Below, one piece after another: positions 48,155-59,000 of a DNA stretch of 64,000 nucleotides (position 1 is the stretch's first letter; each line of letters starts with the position of its first letter). The stretch covers positions 768,001 to 832,000 of the forward strand of contig CAVYIM010000003.1 in assembly GCA_963768655.1 (NCBI GenBank), in the 5' to 3' direction. This DNA comes from an uncultured Chloroflexia bacterium. GTDB taxonomy: Bacteria; Chloroflexota; Limnocylindria; Limnocylindrales; CSP1-4. The position numbers were made by a program, and so were the translations under genes. Below the pieces are notes generated by a model that was not told the origin of the DNA, made no database searches, and saw only the letters and a list, made by a program, of their open reading frames with translations.

Positions 48155-50321
48155 GTGATGGGCGTGTCTTTCCTGACAAATCTGCGATCGCGTCGAGCCG
48201 CGAGCGCCCGCCTCGCGGAGGCCCGTCGACTTCGGGCGCTCGGCCAGGCGAATGAGGAGATCTCCTGTTACGAGGATGTCATCGCCCAATTCGGCGAGAC
48301 CTCCGACCGGCGCCAGCACGAACAAGTCGCCTATGCCCTCCAGTGCAAGGCGTTCGCGCTGCGCGAGGCGGGGCGCCTCGATGATTCTTTGAAGTCATAC
48401 GAGTCGCTTGTCAGTCGGTTCGATGGAGACCGGGAATCTCGTATGCAATGGAGAGTCGCGCACGCTCTCCTGAACAGGGCCTCAGTCCTCAGGGATCTCA
48501 AGAGGCGAGAGGAGGCTCTGGACGCCTACGAGGAGGTCGTCAGCCGGTTTGGCGACCGCCCCGAACGTTGGATCCCGCCTCTTGTAGGCTCCGCACTGTA
48601 TGGCAAGGCGTTCATCCTCAGCACCCTGAACCGCCATGCCGACGCGATACGGCAGCTCGACGAACTGGTGGCGAGATTCGGCGACTCGCGCGACTCGACG
48701 CTCAAAGAGTTGGCCGCGACGGCCCTGGTCTTGAAGAGTGGATCGCTGCACGAACTTGGCAGGCTTGACGACGAGACAGCCGTCCTGAACCGCGGTATCG
48801 CACGTTTGGAGGCCATTCCTTCGTCGCCCGGCCGCGATGCAAGGCTGGCGAGCGCCCTGGTTCATCGAGGCGATGCGCTCGACCGGCTAGGCCGGCATGA
48901 GGTGGCAATCGCCGCGTACGACAGAGTTATCGACGACTTCGGCGAAACCGTCGATTCCGATCTAGCGGAGGATGTCTATTGCGCTCTGGCGGGCAGGGCG
49001 CAGGCGGAGCTCGAGACGGGCCGACCGGTGCAGGCACTCTCGACACACCGACTGACCATTGGGTGGCTGGAAGAGCGCATCAAGACCGTTCCGGATCCTC
49101 GCCTTCGTGAGCTGCTCGCTGACACGTACGTTCGGGCCGGCCTCTTGCAGAGCGACTTGGGACGGCCAGACGAGGCAATTGCCACTTACGACAGACTGAT
49201 CGAACGACTGGGCGATGCACCTGAAGCCGCGGTGCGCGGCTGGGTCATCCGCGCTCTCGTGCGCAAAGGGACGCTTCTCTCCGGGGCCGACATGTTCGCT
49301 GAGGCGGAGCCCGCGTTTGAGCGAGCCGGCGAACTCTACGATAGCGCCCCTGATCACGCCCTCGCCGAGGAGGCAGCGGCCGCGCTGATAGGTGAAGGCC
49401 TCGCCTATCAGTGGATGGGACAAGAAGAAGAGGCGTTGACAGCGTTCGATGGGGTGATCGAACGATTTGGGGAGGCGCCTGATGCCTCTCTCGTCCTGTA
49501 TCTCGTCCGGGCCTTTGCGTGCAAAGGAAGCGTGCTCCTTGAGATGGGTCGATTCGAGGCCGCCATCCTTTCGTTCGACAGCGCGTCGCGCCGCGCCGGG
49601 GAGTCGCCCCAGGGCGCGGTCTTGGAACAGGCGGTCGCCGCGCTTGTCAACAAAGCGTCCGCGCTGGCGCATCTGGATCGGCACGATGAGGAGCTGGCGA
49701 TCTGCCACGACATCGTGGCGAAATTCGGAGCGAGAGCGGAGTTGGACCTTCGCAAGAACGTTGCGACATCGCTGTTTTGCGCGGCCCGCACCCTGGAGGA
49801 AATGGGGCAGCCGGAGGAGGCCCTCTCGAACTACGACAACATATTGGAGCGCGTGGAGGCGGCTCAGGAAACGCCCCTTCGTGAGCTGGCCGCAATGTCC
49901 TTAGTGAAATCGAGCCCGGACCCTCTCGAATCTGGGGCGGTTTGGCGACGCGCTTATCGCCGCAGACCAAGCCACGACTCGCTGTGCAGAGGCAACGGAA
50001 CAGCCGCTGACCGAGCAACTCGCCCGCGCTGGCGTCGCCAGGGGCGTCGCCCTCGCCGGCCTCGCACGCCGAGACGAGGCGCTGGCCACGTGCGAGGAAG
50101 TCTTGGCGCGGTTCGGGGCATCGAGCGACGCTGGGTTCGCCTACGCCGTGGCCACCGCACTCGGCAACAAGGCCCATCTGTTGGCCGATGCGGGTCGTCC
50201 GGCGGAGGCTCGCGCCACGCTGGACGAGCTTGCCGCTCAATTCACCGGAGCGTCAGACCCAGACCTCCTCGCAACGCTGGCTGACGCGGCCGAACTCAGA
50301 TCAAGTCTGGGCATGACCTGA
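48155..50321 (+). CDS. Tetratricopeptide repeat protein; frameshift near 49908
   Basis: Repeated AL..K/RA..L..LGR..EA...YD.V..RFG units; removing one A continues the repeats into the 50103..50321 frame. Confidence 0.82.
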
Positions 50322-50380
50322 CCCCACGAGACTTGAACGGCGGGGTGCCGGTGCGCTCGCAACTGAGCCATGATCTAGCC

Positions 50381-51895
50381 ATGGCGACGCTCATCGGGGT
50401 AGACGTCGGGTCGACGCATATCAAGGCCGTGCTCGTGGCGCCGGGGAGTGGCGTGGTCCACGTCGCGCGGCGCGACACGCCGACCGACGCGGTTTCGGGC
50501 GGCGGCGCCACGCACCGGCCTGAGGAGCTGCTCGCGGCCGTGGAGTCGGCGATCGCGGAGTGCGTGGCGGCGACAGCGGGGTTCGCCGCGGGCCGTGGGC
50601 CCGGCGCCGCGCCCCTCGCCATCGGCATCGCCAGCATGTCCGAGGCCGGCGTGCCACTCGACGCGCGCGGCCGGCCGGTCGGCGAGATCGTGGCCTGGTT
50701 CGACCAACGGCCGGCGCCCCAGGCGGAGTGGCTCGAGCGGCGCGTCGGCGCCCCGGCGCTCTTCGCTCGCACGGGTCTCCGGCCGGAGGCAAAGTACACT
50801 CTGCCCAAGCTGCTGTGGCTGCGCGAGGAGCGGCCGCGCGAGTTCGCCCGGCTGCGGCGCTGGGCGGGCGTCGCGGAACTGGTCGCTCACCACCTCACGG
50901 GCGAGTTGGCCACGAACGCGTCGCTGGCCTGCCGGACCGCGGCCTTCGCCGTGGCCGATCGACGCTGGGATTCGGAACTCCTCGCGCTTGCCGGGCTGAC
51001 GCCCGAGCAGATGCCGGGGGTACTGCCGCTCGGTCGACCGGTCGGTGGGCTGGCCGCGGGCGCCGCGGCGCGCCTCGCGTTGCCCACGGGCACGCCTGTC
51101 GCGATCGCCGGCCACGACCATCTGGTCGGGGCGCTGGGCGCCGGCGTCACTCGTCCGGGCGACGTCCTGGACTCGATGGGCAGCGCCGAGGCAACGTTCC
51201 TGGTGACCGGGCAGCCGACCCTCGCCGACGAGCTGCGCCGGAGTGGGTTCTCGTCGGGCTGCCACGCGCTCGACGGGGCGTGGTACGTCGGCGGCGGGCT
51301 GCAGGCTTCGGGGGCGCTGGTCGAATGGTTCATAGCTCGGTTCATGCCGGCCGCAGATTCGAACCTGGACCGATACGCCGCCTTCCTCGCGCTCCTCGAC
51401 CGCGCCAGTCGCGAGCCGGCGCGCCCGCTGGTTCGACCGTACCTGCGCGGCCGGACCGCACCAAATCGCGACCCTTCGGCCGCCCTGGAAGTCGAGGGTC
51501 TGACCGAGTCGGACGGCCTGCCGGAGCTGGCCGCCGCGCTGATCGACGGCGCCGCATTCCACGTGCGTTGGATGCTCGAGGAGCTGGAACGTCTCACTGG
51601 CGTACGGCCCGGCTGCGTCCGCGTCATCGGCGGGGGAGCGCGCAACCCGCGCTGGCTCTCAGCGAAGGCAGCGCTCGGCCCGGGCCGGTTTGAGGTCGCG
51701 CGAACCGCCGAGGCCGCGGCTCTCGGGGCGGCCCTCGTCGGCGGGGTCGCCGGCGGCGCGTATGGGACCGTGGCCCAGGCCCTCGCCGACGCCGCTGCCG
51801 CCGAACGCGTCTCCGTCTCGCCCGGCGTCCGTGCCCGCTACGACGCCGCGTATCGCGACCGCTGGCTGCCCGCCGTCCTGGCCAGGCTCCGTTGA
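50381..51895 (+). CDS. FGGY family carbohydrate kinase
   Basis: IGVDVGSTHIKA, AWFDQR, KLLWL, AGHDH, SMGSAE, PYLRG, GGGARN. Confidence 0.9.
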   Translation: MATLIGVDVGSTHIKAVLVAPGSGVVHVARRDTPTDAVSGGGATHRPEELLAAVESAIAECVAATAGFAAGRGPGAAPLAIGIASMSEAGVPLDARGRPVGEIVAWFDQRPAPQAEWLERRVGAPALFARTGLRPEAKYTLPKLLWLREERPREFARLRRWAGVAELVAHHLTGELATNASLACRTAAFAVADRRWDSELLALAGLTPEQMPGVLPLGRPVGGLAAGAAARLALPTGTPVAIAGHDHLVGALGAGVTRPGDVLDSMGSAEATFLVTGQPTLADELRRSGFSSGCHALDGAWYVGGGLQASGALVEWFIARFMPAADSNLDRYAAFLALLDRASREPARPLVRPYLRGRTAPNRDPSAALEVEGLTESDGLPELAAALIDGAAFHVRWMLEELERLTGVRPGCVRVIGGGARNPRWLSAKAALGPGRFEVARTAEAAALGAALVGGVAGGAYGTVAQALADAAAAERVSVSPGVRARYDAAYRDRWLPAVLARLR

Positions 51896-52053
51896 TCGGG
51901 CAGGTCCGTCGCCCCAACGATGCGCCATCCGGGCCAATCATCGCCGGCGGCCGCCTGCGCCAGCCAGGCTCGTATCTTCTGCCGACACGGGGCCGCGGCA
52001 CGTCAGGGCCGCAGACGTCTGGCATACCGGGCCGGCACACAGGAGGACACACT

Positions 52054-52451
52054 GTGGCGCGTGTAGTGCATTTCGAGATCACGGCGGACAAGCCTGAAAG
52101 GGCGGTCCGGTTCTACAAGCAGGCCCTGGGCTGGCGGATCGAGCCATGGGGCGGCCCTTCGCCGTACTGGCTGGTCTCCACCGGCGCGGACGCCGAGTCG
52201 GGCATCGACGGGGCGATCAGGGACCGGGCGGGCGCCGGTCAGAGCACTATCAACACCGTTTGAGATTCCGAAATCTGGAGGCGGCCATCGAGTCGGTCCG
52301 CGCCGCTGGCGGCACGGTCGTCGGCGAGATCCAGATGGTCCCGGAGGTCGGCCGGTTCGTCTACGTCGCCGACACCGAAGGCAATCGCTTCGGCCTGATG
52401 GAGACGATGGCGCAGGCGACCGATCCGGATCCGGGTCTCCGCGTGGTGTAG
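52054..52451 (+). CDS. VOC/glyoxalase family protein; two inserted bases near 52260-52272
   Basis: AGGAGG RBS; VVHFEI..FY...GW, GIDG, DTEGNRFGL; INTVEIPNLEAA restored by deleting one T and one A. Confidence 0.82.
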
Positions 52452-52501
52452 CGTTTGGCGACCTTTCGCGCGGACGCGACAACCGAATTAGCGATGCCGC
52501 G

Positions 52502-53182
52502 TCAGCCGATCGGCGCAGCCAAACGCAGTCGCGGACGCTCGGGATCCGCGTTGTCCACTAACGCATTCGCCTTCTCCATGGGACGGGCCTGGTCGAAGTA
52601 GAGGCGCTGACCGGGCAGGTAGCGGACGGCGTAGCGGTGCAGAACCGCGGCTTCGTCACCGAACAGCGCCCGATCGCGCACCGCCGCTCGTCGTTGCGTC
52701 TCCGCAAACGGCACGGCCACGAAGACGCTGAAGTCCCAGGCGTCGATCAGCTCGCGGCGGAGCAGGAAGACGCCGTCGAACACGAGGACGGCGTTGGGCG
52801 GCGCCGCCTCCGTCGAGGCGGCCACCGGCCCATCGGTCCGAAAGTCGAAGACGCGGCGGCGGAACCGCCGGCTGCCGCCGGGACCCAGCGGGTCGAGAAG
52901 CGCCGCCCGCAGAACCGGGTAGTCGAACGAGTCGTAGAAGTAGCCCTCGGGCAATTCGGGGCCGCGAGCCAGGCGCTGCGCCCGCGGCCGGTGGAAGCCA
53001 TCCACGGATGCCCGAACGACCGGCCGGCCCGCTCGCTCGATCAGCGGGGCCAGCTCGTCGGCGAGGATCGTCTTGCCGGCGGCATCGGGTCCATCGATCG
53101 CGACGCGCACCGGGTGCGGTCGGTCGACCTCGAGGATCAGCCCGGCCAGCGTCTCAAGGCAGCTCCAACGCTCGGGGGTCAT
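52502..53182 (-). CDS. Uridine kinase-like P-loop NTPase
   Basis: AIDGPDAAGKT, DGFH, FDGVFL, RYLPGQRLY. Confidence 0.8.
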   Translation of the reverse strand: MTPERWSCLETLAGLILEVDRPHPVRVAIDGPDAAGKTILADELAPLIERAGRPVVRASVDGFHRPRAQRLARGPELPEGYFYDSFDYPVLRAALLDPLGPGGSRRFRRRVFDFRTDGPVAASTEAAPPNAVLVFDGVFLLRRELIDAWDFSVFVAVPFAETQRRAAVRDRALFGDEAAVLHRYAVRYLPGQRLYFDQARPMEKANALVDNADPERPRLRLAAPIG

Positions 53183-53277
53183 CGGGCCGATTGTAGGTTG
53201 GCGGGCGCCGGGTTCGCGCTGCGGATCGCCCTATCGGCCCGCGCTTCCCGTCCTCGCTGGCGGCGTAGACTCCATCC

Positions 53278-53989
53278 ATGAACTGGTTCGTCGACCCGCA
53301 CAAGAAGCGGATGCCTGCTCCGGATGAAGTCCTGCCCGGCCGCCCCGACGCGATGCCGGTTCCCGAGCGACACGCCGTCCTCGGCTCAGCCTCTTCGACC
53401 TCCGTACCCTGCCGGCAGCGAGATCGCCGAATTCGGCATGGGCTGCTTCTGGGGGGCCGAGAAGCTCTACTGGCAGCAGCCCGGCGTCGTCTCGACAGCC
53501 GTGGGTTACTCGGGCGGTTACACGCCCAATCCGACCTATGAAGAGGTCTGCACCGGCCGGACCGGCCACATCGAAACCGTCCGCGTCGTCTTCGATCCCG
53601 CCAAGGTCTCGTACGGCGAACTGCTCAAGCTCTTCTGGGAGGAGCACGATCCGACGCAAGGGATGCGCCAGGGCGGCGACCAGGGGACGCAATACCGCTC
53701 GGCGATCCTGACCCACGGCGAGGCACAGCAGCGGGAGGCCGAGGCGTCGCGCGACGCCTTCCAGGCCCGCTTGAAGGCGGCCGGCCACGGCACGATCACG
53801 ACCGAGATCCATCCCGCGCCCGAGTTCTACTTCGCCGAGGAATACCACCAGCAGTACTTGAAGAAAGTCCCGAACGGCTACTGCCCGAACCACGCCACCG
53901 GCGTGACCCTGCCGGCCGACTTCTTCAAGTCCGAGACGGCGGCGCGGAGGGCAGCCGACGCGGCCGCGGCGATCCAGAAGGCTCGCTGA
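53278..53989 (+). CDS. msrA: Peptide methionine sulfoxide reductase A; frameshift near 53385
   Basis: [47 protein letters not shown]; N-terminus lies in the preceding frame. Confidence 0.9.
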
Positions 53990-54016
53990 CCGGGCGACCC
54001 TCCGAGCCAGGAATCA

Positions 54017-54046
54017 CGAAACGGGCGGCAGGTGCCGCCCGTTTCG
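54017..54046. terminator. Probable bidirectional terminator hairpin
   Basis: Perfect 14-bp inverted repeat CGAAACGGGCGGCA/TGCCGCCCGTTTCG between convergent msrA and flp. Confidence 0.75.
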
Positions 54047-54064
54047 CCTTATCGGTCGCGAGAA

Positions 54065-54205
54065 CTACAGGGCGTGGCCGATGGTGCTGAGGATCGTGTC
54101 GATCTGGCCGCTCAGGAAGAGCAGAGCGGTGATCGCGAGGATGGCGATGAGTGCCAGGATGAGGGCGTATTCCGCAAGGCCCTGGCCGCGAGAGGTGAGG
54201 CGCAT
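54065..54205 (-). CDS. flp: Flp/Fap type IVb pilin (46 aa, below the ORF-track cutoff)
   Basis: GGAGGT RBS; MRLTSRG/QGLAEYALILALIAILAITALLFLSGQI... Confidence 0.9.
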   Translation of the reverse strand: MRLTSRGQGLAEYALILALIAILAITALLFLSGQIDTILSTIGHAL

Positions 54206-54416
54206 GATACATACCTCCGATGAATACCTTCCCCCCGGGATGGAGGGTGGACGATTGCCCGGCGATGGTACGTCATATGTGCCCGCGTGAGCAGGGCGAA
54301 AGCGTCATCGTGGTGCGTCTTGTCCACACATCGAGCGGCCGGATCATGGGCGTCGCGGCATCCTCGATCGCCGTAGGATGGCTCGCTCGCCTGGGCCGCG
54401 TGAGATTGCGATGAGA

Positions 54417-55446
54417 TCATTCGGGTCGATGCGTCAGAGCCGGCAGATCGTCGGCCAGGCACGCCGCCCCCGACGGGTAGTCGTACTCGAGCTCGCCGAC
54501 GATGGCGCGCAGCCGGCTCTCTGCCTCCCCTCGACTCGTCGCTCCATCGAGCGCGGCCCAGTAAGCTCGCCGTATTCGTTCGTGGAGGAGTGGCTTCTTG
54601 GGCAGCTTGGCCAGGACGTTGCGAAGGCGATGGACAGTGCAGCGCTGCCGGTCGGCGTCGGGCCAGAGCTGCCCGATTGCGGCGATGAGCCCAGGCGCTC
54701 CATCGGACACGACCAGGAGCGGACTCGCCAGACCGCGGGCAGCGAGGCCACGGCCCAGATCGAGCCAGTCCTCGGTTCGTTCGCGCTGACCCAGACAAAC
54801 ATCGAGCAGCACACGTTCGCCATCGAGCGTGTAGCCCCAGGCCACCAGAACGCCCTCCTTGGGACCGTCCGGGCGCACGGGCAGGTAGATCGCGTCGCAC
54901 ATCAGGCTCAACAGGCGGATGCCGGCGAGGTTCTTCGCTCGAAACGCCCGATAGCGGTCGCGCAACTCACGGCAGACGTCGGACACGGCGGTCTTGCTGA
55001 TCTGGCCCAGCCCTGCCTCGGCCGCGAGGGACTCGATGTCGCGCGTGGACAGGCCCCGGACGTAGGCGCCGATGACCAGGGCCTCGAGCGGTCGGGTCCG
55101 GATCGAAGTGCGACAGTCGGGGATGACCGAACTCACGAAGCGGGTCAGGCTGTCGCGGACCTGGGGCACTGCGATCGTGAGCTGTCCCTCGGCGGTCACG
55201 ATCTCGCGTGGTCGGTGGCCGTTGCGCGAGCCGCGGGCCTGCGGCGTGCGCTCGAACCGGGCGCGGCGCAGGAACCGCTCGACCTCCTCCTCGATGGCCC
55301 GCTGGAACACGAGCTGGGCGCCCAGGCGGCCGAGCTTGCTCAGCTGATCGAGGCCGTCAACCACCGTCCCCGCTCTCGAGGCCGTCGAGCAACAACTGCT
55401 CGATCTCGGCTTCGATCTGGACACTCGGGGCTATCCTTGCTTGCAC
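54417..55446 (-). pseudogene. IS256 transposase, frameshifted near 55359 and 3'-truncated
   Basis: RNGHRPR, GLSTRD, CDAIY, VSDGAPGL, QRCTVHRLRN; ends before the TNxxER catalytic Glu; AGGAGG RBS and GTG at 55446. Confidence 0.85.
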
Positions 55447-55529
55447 GGCGCAGTCCTCCTGATGCGAACTTCCTAAGGTCCGCTTCGGAGCCTACGCCGT
55501 CTTCACTTTTGCAGCAGTCTCAGGACGCC
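54417..55529 (-). mobile_element. Truncated IS256-family element
   Basis: Probable left end GGCGTCCTGAGACTGCTGCAAAAG at 55529; no matching right end seen. Confidence 0.8.
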
Positions 55530-55653
55530 ACCGTGGCCGCCCGTTCCGCTGACACAAGACGCCCGGCGCCGGCCCCGAAAGTGTGCGCCAATGGCACCAG
55601 AGACGGGCGTCTGCCTGCCCTATTCGCACGACGCTTCAGGGTCGAGCCTAACC

Positions 55654-55800
55654 CTACGGCTGGTACAGCTCGGCTGAGTCGAGATTTGATCCGTTAGCCT
55701 GCGAGCCCGGCGGACTCGAAGTCGATCCTCCGGCGATGAGGACGCGGCCGTCGGACAGCAGAGTGGCGGTTTGCGAGTGCCGATCTGATCGCGCCGCGCC
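55654..55800 (-). pseudogene. Kelch/galactose-oxidase repeat gene remnant (last blade only)
   Basis: RHSQTATLLSDGRVLIAGG...LDSAELYQP stop; no upstream blades. Confidence 0.65.
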
Positions 55801-56008
55801 GAACCTGACCTCCGATCGACCGGGGTCGAACCCGGCGCAGCCCACGTCCGGGCCGCGCCGCCCACCGAGCGCCTCCGGTCCGCGAGAACTTGACAGCTCC
55901 GTCGCCGGACCGATAGTTCGTCGGGTCAACTCCAAACGAGTCTGAGGCCTTCGCGAGCCGCGGTACCTGCCCGCGCGGCCGGGGACATGTCGCCGGAGGA
56001 TAGGGAAC

Positions 56009-59000
56009 ATGCGCGACCGGACGATCCGAGGCAGCAAGTGGCTGTCGGCTGCAACGACCTTGATCCTCGTCGCGAGCCTCGGGCCCGGCGTCGCGGGCAC
56101 GGCGGGGGCCAGTCCCGGCACGACCCCGCCGAGCGCCCCGACCGGGCTGTCGGTCGGCGACCGTCAGGCGCCTCTCGACGTCGCGGGGACGCCTCAATTC
56201 GGCTGGCTGCCGCAGGACGCCGACGGCAACGAGATCGAGACGGCGTACGAGATCCAGGTCAACCGCGCCAGCGACGGTGTGCTGATCTACGACAGCGGCA
56301 AGGTGGCGTCGTCGGCTGAGACGTACGTCCCGTACGCCGGCCCGGCGCTGGCGAGCGGCACGAGTTACAGCTGGACGGTTCGCACGTGGGACCGGACCGA
56401 TCAGGTATCGCCGTGGGCGGCGACCTCGCACTTCGACACTGCCATCGGCGACGGCGACTGGTCGGGCGCGCAGTCGATCCGTCGCGTAACCTCCGGCAAC
56501 GACCTCAAGGTCGACTACACACTTGCCCGCAAGCAGTTAACCCTCAGCAATTCGACGAGTCCGGTCGTTCGGGCGCGCGTCTACATCGCCGAAGAGGGCG
56601 AATGGCAGCTCCACGTCAACGGCCAGGTGATCGACACCCAGTACGACTACCAGGCGCCGGGCGAGACCTATTACGACGTTGAAGACATCACCGCCCAGGC
56701 GCTGGCTGCCCAGCAGGCGAGCGGAGCGGCCGCGAACCAGCTCGCCGTTGGGATCAAGTACGCCGCCTGGGCCACGACCGAGGCCGAGCCGCGCATGGAG
56801 GGCCCGGTCGCAGTGAGCACCACGCTCTCTGCGGCCGCGAACGCCGGCGCCACGACAATCGCCGTCTCCAGCTCGTCGTCGGCGGCCTTCTACGCCGTCG
56901 GTGAGAACCTGGGCATAGGCACCGCCGGCTCGTCCACCTTCGAAGTGGCGACGATCCGCTCGATCGCGGGGACGACGGTCACGCTGATCGCCGGGCTCAA
57001 GTTCGCCCACGCCAGCGGTTCGGCCGTCGTGACCGAAGACGGTCCGTCGGGCCTTCTGGTGAAGGTCGTCGTCGACCACGCGGATGGTGTGCGGGATACG
57101 TTCGTCTCCGACCCCAGCTGGCTGGTCACCAAGGACACCTCTGAGCTGACCACCACCACAACTCTGCGCAGCACCCAGAACGCCGGGACGTACGTCGAGT
57201 ACTACGACGTCCGCAACGAGATCAGCGGCTGGGACACCGTGGGCTTCACCCCAGGCAGCGCGTGGGTCGGAGCGACGAGCCTGGGGGCGCATCCACTGCC
57301 GAACCCCCGCAGCTGCTCCAACTACCTCAGCGCCGGGTCGCCGTGCGGCTTCACCCACGTCATTCCGATGCAGTCATCGCTGGCCTACAAGACCGTCCAT
57401 CCGGTTTCGGTCAGGACGCTCACCGACGGCACCGTCGTGGCCGACTTCGGCACGGCCATCTACGGCGTGCCCGCCGTCAGCTTCAACAGCGGCTCCGCCG
57501 GACGAACGGTCGACCTGGACGGCAGCTACCGGCTCGATCACGGCACGCTCTCTTCAGCCACCTCCGCCGGCGCGACAACGATCAGCGTGGCGAGCCTGAC
57601 GAACTTCGCGGTCAAGGTTGGCGACACCGTGACCGTCGATGCGCCTGCCGACGGCTACGGGGCAGGTCATCCCGAGGAGCGAACCGTCACTGCGATCAAC
57701 GGCACGACTCTCACATTGAACGCGGCGCTCTCGCAGTCGCACGCGGCCGGCGTCTGGGTCGAAGGCTCCCGCGTCGGCACGCAGGCGCTCGACAACCAGT
57801 CGACCAACCTCAACTTCTACTTCACCGAGAGGGCCGGCTCCCAGGCGACGAACTTCTTCGTCGGCGAGGGCTTCCGCTACCTGCAGATCTCCGGCGCCGG
57901 CGAGGCGCTTTCGGCCTCGCAGATATCGGCCGTCGCTTCCGCGGAGAACGCCCCGGTTGGGCTCGGCGTGTACGCGATCGGGCAGGGCAGCTCGCCGGCC
58001 GGGAACGAGGCGACGTTCACGAGCAGCAACGCGACGCTCAACAACGTGTTCGCGCTCTTCGAGCGCTCGGCGCTCTACAGCGGCGAGGAGGAGTTCAACG
58101 ACTCGCCCGACCGCCAGGATGGGCAGTTCTTGGGCGACGCCGTCGACGAGTCGATGGCGACCATGGAGGCACTCGACGAGCGCGGACTCACCGTGGAGGC
58201 GATCGACAACTTCATCTACTCGCAGCAGCGTTACTGGCTGAGTGCCGGGTCGCAGTTCGGGGACATGAACGCTGTGTACCCGGACGGCGACGGCAAGCGC
58301 GACATTCCCGACTACACCGAGATGTTCACCGAATGGGTGATGGCGTACTACCAGCTCACCGGCGACCGGGCGACGCTCGCGTCCGCCTATCCGACGATGA
58401 AGAACGTGGGCGCCTACGTCACGGCCAACATCCCAACGAGCGGTCCCTTCGCCGGCCTCGTCTATGACCTCGCCGGCGGATCCAGCAGTTCGTACAAGTA
58501 CGGCATCCTCGACTGGCCGTCCGACATGCGCTACGACATGCTCTTCCTCGGCTCGAACAGCGGCGGCGCCGCCGAGGCCCTCGTGAACGATCGGGCGGTC
58601 GAGGTCTACCGCGACCTCGCCGCCGCCGCGGCGGCCCTGGGCAACACCGCCGACGCGGCCACCTACACGACGGCGATGAACAACCTGATCAGTGCGATCA
58701 ACTCCAAGCTCGTCGAATCGAACGGGCTCTACGACGACGGCCTGGAGGCGACGAACTCCCAGGGCACCGCCGCGCAGCTCACCGGCCACGCTTCGGAGCA
58801 TGCCCAGGCGTTCGCGATCGAATACGGCGTCGCGCCCGCGTCGAGCTACGCGACACTTGCCACCTTCATCGCCGGCCAGGGAATGAAGATGGGCCCGATG
58901 GATCTCGGCCAGCTCGAGCAGGCACTCGTGGACGCCGACCGGCCCGACACTCTGGTATCGCTCCTGACCAGCGCGACGGCGGACGGCCCGGCCAGGATCC

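Noticed and set aside
47660-53400. Programmed frameshifting or true pseudogenes in the protease, TPR, VOC and msrA genes
   Set aside because: No slippery heptamers, no additional decay, and a shared sequence context point to sequencing error
54206-54416. c-di-GMP riboswitch upstream of the Flp pilin
   Set aside because: No GEMM-type consensus visible on the minus strand
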